A stretch of DNA of 64,000 bases, from NCBI GenBank assembly GCA_041658665.1, contig JBAZZR010000002.1, positions 73,147 through 137,146 of the forward strand, written 5' to 3'. How positions within the stretch are numbered: position 1 is the first letter of the stretch; each line of letters starts with the position of its first letter. Positions 1-9,382 of the stretch are shown here, in pieces. Below the pieces are notes generated by a model. It did not search any database and was not told the DNA's origin. It worked only from the letters and a program-made list of their open reading frames with translations. Origin of the DNA: Patescibacteria group bacterium (lineage in GTDB: Bacteria > Patescibacteriota > Patescibacteriia > Patescibacteriales > UBA12465). Position numbers and translations under genes: made by a program.

Positions 1-216
1 ATTATTGCCGCCGCCCATGCCTAGATTTTTAGGACTCATTATCAATTTAACTGCCGGGTAATTAAGAGTTAAATCGCCTAAATCATCGCCCGAATTATTA
101 TCAACGACAATGATTTCATAACTCCGCGTCGACAAATAATCGGAACTAATAGATTTTAAACAATTAAACAGCTTGAGTTTAGATTGATAATTTAAAATAA
201 TAATCGATAAGTCCAT
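1..216 (-). CDS. Glycosyltransferase family 2, N-terminal fragment (gene runs off the window start)
   Basis: My translation from ATG at 216-214 gives MDLSIIILNYQSK...YEIIVVDNNSGDDL...NLGMGGGNN. This is the GT2 N-terminal signature and is paralogous to the next two ORFs. The frame is open to position 1. Confidence 0.6.
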   Translation of the reverse strand, partial: MDLSIIILNYQSKLKLFNCLKSISSDYLSTRSYEIIVVDNNSGDDLGDLTLNYPAVKLIMSPKNLGMGGGNN

Positions 217-236
217 ATTAAAAATTTTGATTTAAT

Positions 237-1304
237 TCAAATAAAACGTTTAATAATTTTCCAGTATAAATCTAAGCTGGGATTAACGCCATAACGTAAA
301 AGCGGATTGTCGATTTCTAAAAATTCTAATCGGCCGGCGAAATCCTGGGCTAAGTTCCTAAATTTAATAACCCTCAACTGTTTTATACGCTGACGCGCTA
401 CGCTGATTAAAGTATAGGTCGAGGGTTGAAAAAAATAAAGATAGACTTTAATTTCCGTTTTTGCCCAACCGGATATGAGCGCATAAAAAATTAGCCCACA
501 ATCCATGATAAAAAGCGGCAGGGCGAGCAAAAATAATAAATAAGGCGGATAAAAACAGAGAAGTAAAAGATAGCGATTACGCTCCATATAATAAAGCATG
601 CCAATACTCCGCGAGAATTCATATTTATGATAAATGACGGACTGGGGCGCTAAAATTATCTGGTAACCGGCGAGACGAACTTTAAGGCTTAGCTCGATAT
701 CATCGTGATACATGTAAAATTCCTCGTTATAACCGCCGACTTTTTCAAAAAGTTCTCGCCGAATAATAAAAGAACAACCGCTCGCATAACCTTTAATTTC
801 TGGGTAGCCGCTTATCTCTCGATCCGCTTCGCCGTAATGTGAAGTAAAACCGAAACCTAAAAAATGAATAATATTGCCCAAACTATTAAGACGCGGCTGA
901 CTCTTAGCAATTTCCGTTTTCGGATAAAGTAAAATTTTAGATTGAGCAATGCCCGCTGAGGGATTAAGGTCTAAAGCCTTAACGAGTTCGGACAACCACT
1001 GCGGCGTCATCTCCGTATCCATATTAACAGTCACAATATAGTCGCAAGAGTCGCTGGCCGCCTCCTTAAACCCTAAATTATTAGCCGCCGTATAATTTCC
1101 ATCAAAACGCGGTAAAAGTATCGCTTCGGGATAATTTTCCCGTAAATAATTAAGGGAGCTGGCGCTCGACGCGTTATCAACGATATAAATCTTAGTTAGC
1201 GTCGCCGGATAATCCTGCGCCCGTAAAGAATCGCGACAAGCGCTTAAAAATTTAACGGCGTAATCTTTATAATTAACTAAGACAATTCCGACTTTGGTTG
1301 ACAT
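237..1304 (-). CDS. Glycosyltransferase family 2
   Basis: N-terminus VGIVLVNYKDY...IYIVDNASS...NLGF, then a DxD-like YHDDIE. A hydrophobic C-terminal tail is present. Confidence 0.8.
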   Translation of the reverse strand: MSTKVGIVLVNYKDYAVKFLSACRDSLRAQDYPATLTKIYIVDNASSASSLNYLRENYPEAILLPRFDGNYTAANNLGFKEAASDSCDYIVTVNMDTEMTPQWLSELVKALDLNPSAGIAQSKILLYPKTEIAKSQPRLNSLGNIIHFLGFGFTSHYGEADREISGYPEIKGYASGCSFIIRRELFEKVGGYNEEFYMYHDDIELSLKVRLAGYQIILAPQSVIYHKYEFSRSIGMLYYMERNRYLLLLCFYPPYLLFLLALPLFIMDCGLIFYALISGWAKTEIKVYLYFFQPSTYTLISVARQRIKQLRVIKFRNLAQDFAGRLEFLEIDNPLLRYGVNPSLDLYWKIIKRFI

Positions 1305-1346
1305 AAAAATAATAAAAACCTTAAAAAATCTCTAACAATTTATTAA

Positions 1347-2180
1347 TTAAACAAAAAATTTTACTAATCCCCAGGTTATTTTTAAAATCAGATACTCCCA
1401 CTTTTTTCCCCATTTCTGAAAATATTTTAACATTGAATCACTAAAATACTCTTGTCCTTGGCCGCGCTTAATCTGTTTGAAGCTTTGGCCTACATAATCT
1501 AAACACTGAACACCCGGCGTATACCAGACTTCACCGCCGAAAGAATAAACCTGACGACAAAAATCAACCTCTTCGAACCAGATAAAATAACGCTCGTCTA
1601 AAAACGGCCGACTCAAACCGCTTAAAGCCTGGTAACGGCGACAATTAATTAAAAAAAATGATCCTCTAATTGAATCGACTTTGGCGGCCGCTTCATAATC
1701 AAAATCAATATATAAATATTTATTAATCACCGCTGGAAAAAAATGTGGGATTTTTAAAGTAACCATTAATTGATCAAAAAACTTTGGGAAGCGTCGCACT
1801 TGTTTAATTGTCTCCCCCTGTTCATTTAATAACCGACAACCGCTCACCGTCGCCTGAGGATTATTCTTAGCCCAAGTTAAGATACTGACTAAAGTATCGG
1901 GCCGCACTTGCATATCCGGATTAAGCAGTAAAATAAATTCCCCGGTCGCTCGTTTAATCGCCTGATTATTGGCTTGAGCAAAACCTAAATTTTCCGAGTT
2001 AACAATTAAACGCACTGCCGGGAATTCTGATTCAAGCATTTCTACACTACCATCGTTAGAATTATTATCAACCACATAAACTTCAAAATTAAAATCGCCC
2101 CTTGATTGAAACAGGGCGCTTAAATTGTATCTCAACTTCTCTTTGACTTTCCAAGAGACAATAATAATTGATAAATCCAT
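1347..2180 (-). CDS. Glycosyltransferase family 2
   Basis: LSIIIVSWKVK...VYVVDNNSNDGS...NLGFAQANN...LLLNPDM, a typical GT2 (rhamnosyltransferase-like) pattern. Confidence 0.8.
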   Translation of the reverse strand: MDLSIIIVSWKVKEKLRYNLSALFQSRGDFNFEVYVVDNNSNDGSVEMLESEFPAVRLIVNSENLGFAQANNQAIKRATGEFILLLNPDMQVRPDTLVSILTWAKNNPQATVSGCRLLNEQGETIKQVRRFPKFFDQLMVTLKIPHFFPAVINKYLYIDFDYEAAAKVDSIRGSFFLINCRRYQALSGLSRPFLDERYFIWFEEVDFCRQVYSFGGEVWYTPGVQCLDYVGQSFKQIKRGQGQEYFSDSMLKYFQKWGKKWEYLILKITWGLVKFFV

Positions 2181-2188
2181 AGAACGGA

Positions 2189-2455
2189 CTAACGACTAAC
2201 CTTAATTAATTTTAATCTTTCCGCTACGCCGCTAATAATCTTAACCTGATATTTACGTAAACCCATTTCCGTTGCTATGAACGCAATGAGCGCCTGATTG
2301 GCCTTACCTTTCTCGGGAGCGGCCGCAACGGCTATTTTAAGGGTACCGTCCGCCATAACTTTCAAAAATTCCGTCTTACCCGAACCGGGAGAAACCTTAA
2401 CCCTTAAATAAATCTCTTTATTATTAGCTAAATTATTAATATATTCTAACAACAT
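2189..2455 (-). CDS. DUF167/YggU-like small protein
   Basis: 88 aa. The pattern LRVKVSPGSGKTEF...LKIAVAAAPEKGKAN..LI.F resembles the UPF0235/DUF167 family. Confidence 0.55.
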   Translation of the reverse strand: MLLEYINNLANNKEIYLRVKVSPGSGKTEFLKVMADGTLKIAVAAAPEKGKANQALIAFIATEMGLRKYQVKIISGVAERLKLIKVSR

Positions 2456-2683
2456 ACTATCATTATTACCGGCCAGTTTAGTTAACTAAATTATAAATAC
2501 AGTCTAACTCCTTTTTCAGTTTTTTAAAAGGTCGTAGAGAACATAAAATATCATCTGTCAAGATTTATTTTATTTAAATAATATACTAGAATAAAGGTAG
2601 AATTGAGCTCTAAACTAGAGACGAAATCTAGCTACTTAAAACTAATAAAAATCAGCTAACTAAATTAAGGCTGATTTAATTTT

Positions 2684-3196
2684 ATGACTGAAACAAACGA
2701 ACCAACTCCTCAAAAATATGAACGTCCGTCTTGGGATGAATATTTTATGAAAATCGTAGAGATAGTTGGAACGCGTGGTACCTGTGATCGTTTTCGGGGC
2801 GGGTGTGTCATTACTAGAAACAAACGAATTATTGCTACCGGTTACGCCGGGTCACCCGTCGGCTCAGTCCATTGTGATGATGCTGGGCACGAGATGCATA
2901 CTGTCACTAACGAAGACGGAACAACCAGTCGCCATTGTATTCGAACGACTCACGCCGAACAAAATGCTATTTGCGAAGCCGCTCGGATGGGGACAGTCCT
3001 TGAAGGAGGAACTCTCTACTGTAAAATGACCCCTTGCTACACCTGCGCGAAGATGATTATTAACGCTGGTTTAAAACGAATAGTCTGTGCTCAAGATTAT
3101 CACGCTGGAAAGAGGACTAAAGAAATTTTTCAGGAAACCGGCCTTGAATATATTTTATTAGATGGTAAGATGACCGAATACGCTGATATGAAGTAA
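2684..3196 (+). CDS. comEB: dCMP (deoxycytidylate) deaminase
   Basis: WDEYFM..A.....RGTC, the zinc motifs HAEQNAI and PCYTCAKMI, and a size of about 170 aa. Confidence 0.85.
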   Translation: MTETNEPTPQKYERPSWDEYFMKIVEIVGTRGTCDRFRGGCVITRNKRIIATGYAGSPVGSVHCDDAGHEMHTVTNEDGTTSRHCIRTTHAEQNAICEAARMGTVLEGGTLYCKMTPCYTCAKMIINAGLKRIVCAQDYHAGKRTKEIFQETGLEYILLDGKMTEYADMK

Positions 3197-3204
3197 CTAA
3201 ATAT

Positions 3205-4020
3205 ATGAAACAATATCTCCACCTCTTACAAGATGTTTTAGAAAACGGCCAAGGCAAAGATGATCGAACCGGTACTGGTACGATTAGCGTCTTTGGCCGT
3301 CAAGCCCGTTATGACCTTAACCAAGGGTTCCCCCTCCTGACGACTAAAAAAGTTCATTTAAAATCTATTATTTACGAACTACTCTGGTTTTTAAAAGGTG
3401 ATACTAACATTAAATATCTCAACGAAAACGGCGTCAGTATTTGGGACGAATGGGCGGATGAAAACGGCGAACTTGGCCCAATTTACGGCAAACAATGGAC
3501 GGCCTGGGAGGCTCAAGATGGCACTAAAATAAACCAAATTGCCGAAGTCGTGAACCAATTAAAAAATAATCCGACTTCTCGGCGGATAATCGTTAGCGGC
3601 TGGAACGTTGGCGATTTGCGCCAACTTATCGGCGGCCGAAAAACAGCGCCGCCTCCCTGCCATACTATTTTTCAATTTTATGTTTCTCATGATAATAAAC
3701 TATCCTGCCAACTATACCAACGCAGCGCCGATTTATTCTTAGGCGTCCCCTTTAATATCGCTTCTTACGCCCTACTAACAATGATGATAGCGTCTGTCTG
3801 TGATCTCAAACTCGGAGAATTTATTCATACTTTCGGCGATCTCCATATTTACAATAATCATTTAGACCAAGTAAAATTACAACTAGCGCGCCCGCCGAAA
3901 TCTCTGCCGAAAATGTTAATCAACCCTCAAGTTAAAGATATTTTCTGCTTTCAATATGAAGATTTTACTCTTGAAGGCTATGACCCGGCGCCGGGCATTA
4001 AAGCGCCGATTGCAATTTAA
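3205..4020 (+). CDS. thyA: Thymidylate synthase (ThyA type)
   Basis: MKQYL.LL..VL..G....[51 protein letters not shown]. Confidence 0.95.
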   Translation: MKQYLHLLQDVLENGQGKDDRTGTGTISVFGRQARYDLNQGFPLLTTKKVHLKSIIYELLWFLKGDTNIKYLNENGVSIWDEWADENGELGPIYGKQWTAWEAQDGTKINQIAEVVNQLKNNPTSRRIIVSGWNVGDLRQLIGGRKTAPPPCHTIFQFYVSHDNKLSCQLYQRSADLFLGVPFNIASYALLTMMIASVCDLKLGEFIHTFGDLHIYNNHLDQVKLQLARPPKSLPKMLINPQVKDIFCFQYEDFTLEGYDPAPGIKAPIAI

Positions 4021-4054
4021 ATTATAAATTATTTAATTATTTAATCATACGCTC

Positions 4055-4558
4055 ATGATCCCCGTAACCATGATGATGGCGATCACCGTCGACGGAAAAA
4101 TCGCCAAAGATAAAACTCAGTTTGCGGATTGGACTAGTCTGGAAGACAAAAAATTATTCGTCGCAATATCAAAAACACACGGCGTAATAATGATGGGAGA
4201 AAATACTTTTAAGACCTTCCCCGCCCCCTTAAAAAATCGCTTAAACGTCGTCTTTTCCGAAAACGAAAATCAACCCGCAATTGACGGGGTTAAATGGGTT
4301 AAAGGCGAGCCAGAAAAAGTCTTAGAAGAGTTAGAAACCCTGGGTTATAAATCGGCTCTTTTAGGCGGTGGCTCTTTTCTTAACTCTTTATTTCTAGAAA
4401 AAAAATTAATCACGGAAATTATCCTAACAATTGAACCAAAAATATTCGGTAGCGGCTTGTCTCTTTTTAATCGCGACTTAGACGCTAATTTAAAATTATT
4501 AGAAGTTAAAAATTTAAATGAAAATACCTTGATGCTCCGCTATCAGGTGCAATACTAA
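4055..4558 (+). CDS. Dihydrofolate reductase-like protein (RibD C-terminal domain family)
   Basis: AITVDGKIA...VIMMGENTFKTF...LLGGGSFLNSLF...EPKIFGSG. It sits directly after thyA. Confidence 0.6.
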   Translation: MIPVTMMMAITVDGKIAKDKTQFADWTSLEDKKLFVAISKTHGVIMMGENTFKTFPAPLKNRLNVVFSENENQPAIDGVKWVKGEPEKVLEELETLGYKSALLGGGSFLNSLFLEKKLITEIILTIEPKIFGSGLSLFNRDLDANLKLLEVKNLNENTLMLRYQVQY

Positions 4559-4559
4559 T

Positions 4560-5120
4560 ATGGCTAAAATTATCTTAGGCTTTACGGGTTTAATAGCGAG
4601 CGGAAAAGAGGTTAGCAAAAAATATTTGGAAGAAAAATATCAAGCCAGTAGCCACCGATTTTCGACCATGCTCCGAGATATCCTGAATCGTCTCTACTTA
4701 CCAATAACTAGAAAAAATCTCCAAGAGCTATCCTATGATTTAAGAACCCGTTTCGGCAGTGATACGATGGCGCGCGTCATCGCCGAAGACGTTAAAAACG
4801 ATCCCCATGAAATTGTCATCGTCGAAGGAATCAGACGAATCGACGATATTATTAAATTAAAAAATTTTCCTAATTTTTTTCTGATCAGTATCGAAGCGGG
4901 AACCGAAATTCGTCATGAGCGGTTGGTGAAACGCAATGAAAATATCGGTGACTCCACTAAAACTCTAGAACAATTTATGACTGACGGCGAGCAAGAGGCC
5001 GAAAAACAAATCCCCGCCGTCATGAATCAAGCGCCATACCAAATTAATAACAACGGAACCCTAGCTGACTTATACCGCCAGCTCGATCAAATCATGTTAA
5101 ATTTAAATAATAAATTATGA
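4560..5120 (+). CDS. P-loop nucleotide kinase (dephospho-CoA kinase/dNMP kinase-like)
   Basis: Walker A-like GFTGLIASGKEV at the N-terminus, 186 aa, embedded in the nucleotide operon. Substrate is unknown. Confidence 0.45.
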   Translation: MAKIILGFTGLIASGKEVSKKYLEEKYQASSHRFSTMLRDILNRLYLPITRKNLQELSYDLRTRFGSDTMARVIAEDVKNDPHEIVIVEGIRRIDDIIKLKNFPNFFLISIEAGTEIRHERLVKRNENIGDSTKTLEQFMTDGEQEAEKQIPAVMNQAPYQINNNGTLADLYRQLDQIMLNLNNKL

Positions 5121-6436
5121 ACGGTTTCCCGGGAAAATTTATCGTCATCGACGGCACCGACGGTAGCGGCAAGACTACTCAGCTTAACTTGCTCAAAAAT
5201 CGCTTAGAAGCGGCCGGACACGTTGTCGCCGTCGCCGATTTTCCTCAATACAATACTAAATCAGCGGGCATCATCGAAGAATATTTATCCGGTAAATACG
5301 GTCGCGCGGATGAAATTAGCGCTTATAAAGCTTCGATTTTCTATGCCATCGACCGTTATGACGCTAGTTTTCAAATCCGTAAATGGCTAACCGAGGGAAA
5401 AATAGTTTTAGCGAACCGCTACACTAGCGCTAATATGGGACATCAGGGCTGTAAAATAGAAAACCCTTTAGAGCGCCGCGTTTTCTTTAATTGGTTGTAT
5501 GATTTAGAATATAAAATTTTTGAAATACCCCGCCCAGATTTATCAATTATTCTTCAGGTCGATTCGACTATCGCTCAAAGCCTCGCCAAAGAAAGAGCCC
5601 GCGAAGACTGGATTGGTAAAACTAATGACATCCACGAAGATAATCTGGAACATCTAAAAAAAGCGGAACAAGTTTATTTGGAAATTGCTAATAGTTTTCC
5701 TAACTTCCAACTAATTAGCTGCACAAAAAATAATGAACTCCTCAACCGCGAAGAAATTAGCCTATTAGTCTGGTTAACGGTTAAAAGAATTATCAGCCAT
5801 CCTGATGAGCCCACCACCAACTTCCAAGCTATCAGCCATATTATCGGCGCCAATCAGCAAATCGTTAATCACCGGGAAATAATCTTCGACCATTATAAAA
5901 ATACCCAAAAAATTAATCGGCCGGAAATTGATAATGAAGAGCTAAATGACCAAGCTAATAGAAAGTTAAATGACCAAGCGATTGTCATTACCCCACACAA
6001 AAAATCTAATCCTCATAAACTTTTAGTAGAAAAAATAAACCCCCACGCTAAATTACCGCAAAAAGCCCACGCTAGTGATGCCGCTTATGACTTATATGCT
6101 AATGACTACTACTCGATTCCGCCCTATGGCCAAAGTTTAGTCTCTACCGGTTTAAAAATGGCGATACCGGCGGGGCTGGTCGGTTTAATTTGGGATAAAA
6201 GCGGCTTAGCTAATGCGGGCATTACTACTATGGGCGGCGTGATAGACGCCGGCTATCGGGGCGAAATAAAAGTAGTCGTTAAAAATTTAAGTGAAGATGT
6301 TTTTAATATTGTCCCTCAACAAAAAATCGCGCAAATTCTAATTCAAGCCATTACGGACTTAGAAATTAGCGAAGAAAAAATTACTGACAGTACTGACCGC
6401 CAAGCTGATAATTTTGGCAGCACCGGCCATTTCTAA
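5117..6436 (+). CDS. tmk: Thymidylate kinase fused to dUTP pyrophosphatase (Tmk::Dut)
   Basis: N-terminus FIVIDGTDGSGKTTQ...DRY..S..AHQ-like matches Tmk. C-terminus AHASDAAYDLYA...GVIDAGYRGEIKVVVKNL...RQADNFGSTG matches trimeric dUTPase motifs. An ATGA overlap links it to the upstream gene. Confidence 0.85.
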   Translation: MNGFPGKFIVIDGTDGSGKTTQLNLLKNRLEAAGHVVAVADFPQYNTKSAGIIEEYLSGKYGRADEISAYKASIFYAIDRYDASFQIRKWLTEGKIVLANRYTSANMGHQGCKIENPLERRVFFNWLYDLEYKIFEIPRPDLSIILQVDSTIAQSLAKERAREDWIGKTNDIHEDNLEHLKKAEQVYLEIANSFPNFQLISCTKNNELLNREEISLLVWLTVKRIISHPDEPTTNFQAISHIIGANQQIVNHREIIFDHYKNTQKINRPEIDNEELNDQANRKLNDQAIVITPHKKSNPHKLLVEKINPHAKLPQKAHASDAAYDLYANDYYSIPPYGQSLVSTGLKMAIPAGLVGLIWDKSGLANAGITTMGGVIDAGYRGEIKVVVKNLSEDVFNIVPQQKIAQILIQAITDLEISEEKITDSTDRQADNFGSTGHF

Positions 6437-6442
6437 AAATAT

Positions 6443-7954
6443 ATGGGAAAAACTTACGAGGTCATTATCGGCTTGGAAATCCACGCCGAACTACAGACGA
6501 AGAGTAAAATGTTTTGCTCTTGTAATAATAATGCGCAAGGTCAAGCCGCTAATACTACCGTCTGTCCGATTTGTTTGGGCCATCCCGGGACTTTGCCCGT
6601 TCCTAATAAACAAGCCATTGACTGGACAATCTTAACTGGCTTAGCTTTACACTGCAAAATAAACCGACAATCTAAATTTGACCGAAAAAATTATTTTTAT
6701 CCCGACTTGCCTAAAGGCTACCAAATTTCCCAATACGATGAGCCTCTCGCTTATGAGGGATATTTAGAAATTGCTAATGAAAAAATTCTAATTACCCGCA
6801 TCCATTTAGAAGAAGATACCGGTAAATCTATCCACGTCAAAGGTCAAGATTATACGCTACTCGATTTCAACCGCGCCGGTACGCCGCTTATGGAATTAGT
6901 GACGGAACCAATAATTAAAGACGCCGCGACCGCTAAAAAATTCTGCCAGGCCTACCAACAAATTTTGCGTTATCTTAAGATAAGCCATGCCGATATGGAA
7001 AAAGGCGAAATGCGCTGCGAGGCTAATGTTAGCGTCCAGGAAGCCGGCACTTGGGAGTATAAAAACGGCCAAATTTTGGCGCTAAAAAAACACCCGCTTA
7101 ATGCTAAAGTTGAAGTAAAAAATATCAATTCTTTTCGCGCTGTCGAAAAAGCTATTAATTTTGAAATTACTCGCCAGACGGAATTAATCAAAAAAGGCGA
7201 AATAATAATTGCCGAAACTAGAGGCTGGAATGAAAATAAAAACGAAACTGTTAGCCAAAGGATCAAAGAAACTTCGGCTGATTACCGCTATTTTCCTGAG
7301 CCGGATATCCCCCCTCTCAAAATCGAGGATGACTTGCTAGCTGATCTCACGGCGAGCCTCCCGGAAATGCCGGCTAAAAAGAAACAGCGCTTTAAATATG
7401 AATACGGGCTCAGCGAAGAAATGGCCGAAATATTAACTAGCGACCGCGATCTCGCGGCCTGGACCGAAAAAGTTATCTCCGAGCTCGACGCTTGGATAGA
7501 GGCAAACGGCGACGACGAAGCGCGTCAAGAAAAAAAATTAGCTAAAAGTGCGGCTAACTGGATTAGCGGCGAATTACTCAAACATCTAAATGCTGATAAT
7601 AAACGAATCGGCGACCTAACTATGACGGCCGAAAATTTTGCCGAATTAGTTTGTTTGATTTATCAAGGTAAGATTAATTCTTCGGCCGGCCAAAGTATTT
7701 TAGAAAAAATGTACTGGGAAGGTGGCGATCCGACTGACATTATGCGCATCTTAGGCTTAGAACAACTCGATAACGCTGCCGAACTCGAAGAGGCGGTTAA
7801 AAAAATTATTAACCAAAATCCCGGCCAGCGGGAGCAATACCGCCAGGGGAAAACTAATGTCTTCCAGTTTTTTATCGGTCAAGTAATGGCGGAAACGAAA
7901 GGAAAAGCTAATCCGAAAATAGTTAAAGAATTATTAGAAAAATTATTAAAATAA
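6443..7954 (+). CDS. gatB: Asp/Glu-tRNA amidotransferase subunit B
   Basis: YEVIIGLEIHAEL.T.SKMFC.C, CPICLGHPGTLP, NRAGTPL.E.VTEP, and a C-terminal YqeY-like tail. Confidence 0.95.
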   Translation: MGKTYEVIIGLEIHAELQTKSKMFCSCNNNAQGQAANTTVCPICLGHPGTLPVPNKQAIDWTILTGLALHCKINRQSKFDRKNYFYPDLPKGYQISQYDEPLAYEGYLEIANEKILITRIHLEEDTGKSIHVKGQDYTLLDFNRAGTPLMELVTEPIIKDAATAKKFCQAYQQILRYLKISHADMEKGEMRCEANVSVQEAGTWEYKNGQILALKKHPLNAKVEVKNINSFRAVEKAINFEITRQTELIKKGEIIIAETRGWNENKNETVSQRIKETSADYRYFPEPDIPPLKIEDDLLADLTASLPEMPAKKKQRFKYEYGLSEEMAEILTSDRDLAAWTEKVISELDAWIEANGDDEARQEKKLAKSAANWISGELLKHLNADNKRIGDLTMTAENFAELVCLIYQGKINSSAGQSILEKMYWEGGDPTDIMRILGLEQLDNAAELEEAVKKIINQNPGQREQYRQGKTNVFQFFIGQVMAETKGKANPKIVKELLEKLLK

Positions 7955-7970
7955 ACAAACCACAACAAAT

Positions 7971-8001
7971 AAAAATCGGGTCTACTTTTGATCCGATTTT
8001 T
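7971..8001. terminator. Bidirectional hairpin terminator between convergent gatB and miaA
   Basis: AAAAATCGG-N13-CCGATTTTT, with A/T runs on both sides. Confidence 0.5.
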
Positions 8002-8003
8002 AT

Positions 8004-8942
8004 TTATTTAAACCAAGTGACAATCTTCTTTTCCGCTTCACTAATATCCGTTAGCCAATTTATTGTCTGGCCCTGTTTTTCCCAACGTTTAAACCAAGTT
8101 TTTTGACGTTTAGCAAAACGGTAAATGGCCGTCGCTAATTTTTCTACCATTTCCGCGTATGATAATTCGCCCAGACAATATTGGCTAATAAATTTATATT
8201 CTAAACCAAAAGATTTTAACCTGATCCAGGAAAGACCCGCCCGGTGTAATTTCTTTACTTCGGCCACTAACCCCTCTTTATTTAAGCGCTCTAGTAAGCG
8301 AGTTAAAATTCGAGCGCGCAATATCTCGTCCGGCCAGGTCAAACCTAATAATAAAAAATTATAAGGAGATTCTTTTTTTCCAGCCGCTGCGCCAGAACCG
8401 AACTCAATAATTTCTAAATAACGAATTAATCGGCGTTTATTATTTCTATCACTATTATTAAGCCGCACCGCAAACTCTTCTTTTAATCGATAAATTTTTT
8501 GTAGTAACTCGGCGGCGGATAGTTCCTCCCACTGCGCCCGTCGAGCCGATTCCGGCCGAACGCTAGTTAAATCATAATTATCGACTAAAGCCTGTAAATA
8601 GAGGCCACTACCGCCGACAATTATCGGCAATTTCTTCTTTTTTAAAATATCTTTAATCGCCTTAAAAGCGCGCCGCTGATATTTCGCTAAATCAAATTTT
8701 TGCTGCGGACTCGCGACATCAATTAAATGATAAGGTATTTTTTTTTGACCAATTTTATATTCTTTCAAATCTTTACCAGTGCCAATATCCATTCCTCGAT
8801 AAACCTGGCGGCTATCGGCACTAATAATTTCCCCTTTAAATTCGGCGGCCAATTTAACCCCTAAACTCGTCTTGCCACTAGCCGTTGTTCCGAGGATTAC
8901 GAGTATTTTTGGCTTTAATCTGTGGATAACTTTTATTATCAT
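8004..8942 (-). CDS. miaA: tRNA dimethylallyltransferase
   Basis: ILGTTASGKTSL P-loop, ISADSRQVYRGMDIGTGK, GGSGLY. Confidence 0.9.
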   Translation of the reverse strand: MIIKVIHRLKPKILVILGTTASGKTSLGVKLAAEFKGEIISADSRQVYRGMDIGTGKDLKEYKIGQKKIPYHLIDVASPQQKFDLAKYQRRAFKAIKDILKKKKLPIIVGGSGLYLQALVDNYDLTSVRPESARRAQWEELSAAELLQKIYRLKEEFAVRLNNSDRNNKRRLIRYLEIIEFGSGAAAGKKESPYNFLLLGLTWPDEILRARILTRLLERLNKEGLVAEVKKLHRAGLSWIRLKSFGLEYKFISQYCLGELSYAEMVEKLATAIYRFAKRQKTWFKRWEKQGQTINWLTDISEAEKKIVTWFK

Positions 8943-9033
8943 ACTTAAAATAATTATGCTAATATATAAAGACTATTGGTTCTTTCTATATAATTAAATA
9001 ACTGGGAACCAATGGTACTCACCTTAAAACCAT

Positions 9034-9285
9034 GGAGGTTTTATGAGAGCTCGAAATAATTTATCGTTTTCGAACGCTTTGCCTGCACACGCTTTTATTA
9101 GAGGAACAAAGGCACCGCACGACATTGTCGCCAACAATGCAGCAAACTTTGATATTGAAAGCGGAATTTCCGGCGCATGCAACACATTACAAAAACGTAA
9201 TTTGCAGGGAGCCTAAATGAAGAATAAAGCGGCTAAGCTAAACCCCTATTGGGCACGAGATTCTTGCCTGTAGCCTCCCTGATCG
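9034..9285 (+). ncRNA. Candidate structured ncRNA, possibly a strongly reduced RNase P RNA; identity unconfirmed
   Basis: It lies in a 440-bp gap in an otherwise packed region and looks locally G+C-richer. Hairpins are CATTG-N7-CAATG (9123-9139) and TGCAA/ATTAC-N6-GTAAT/TTGCA (9178-9206). GGAGG (9034-9038) can pair with CCTCC (9274-9278). Colinear strings resemble bacterial RNase P conserved regions: GAGGAA (9101), GCAGCAAAC (9139-9147), TTGAAAG (9155-9161), GCCTAAATGAA (9211-9221, compare E. coli GCCUAGAUGAA) and ATAAAGCGGCTAAG (9224-9237, compare ACAGAACCCGGCUUA). Against this, the segment is only about 250 nt and the P4 pairing is weak. Confidence 0.35.
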
Positions 9286-9340
9286 AGTCATTATCCAAAA
9301 TATAATAGGCTTAAAAGGCTTAAAAACGGGATATTCCCAG

Positions 9341-9380
9341 AAAATAAGCGGACTCACCTTCTTACCAGATTGTGAGTTCC
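9341..9380 (-). terminator. Rho-independent terminator after the miaB-like gene
   Basis: On the minus strand: GGAACTCAC-N14-GTGAGTCC followed by GCTTATTTT. Confidence 0.55.
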
Positions 9381-9382
9381 TT

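Noticed and set aside
2650-2678. Hairpin AATCAGC-N13-GCTGATT immediately before the dCMP deaminase start, as a riboswitch or attenuator
   Set aside because: It is a short single stem with no recognisable riboswitch core. There is not enough evidence to call it more than a possible 5' UTR hairpin.
9043-9216. 57-aa ORF (MRARNNLSFSNALPAHAFIRG...) preceded by GGAGG, 4 nt upstream
   Set aside because: Real genes in this window almost never have a Shine-Dalgarno motif. The GGAGG pairs with a downstream CCTCC, and the region is hairpin-dense. An RNA element seems more likely, though coding is not excluded.
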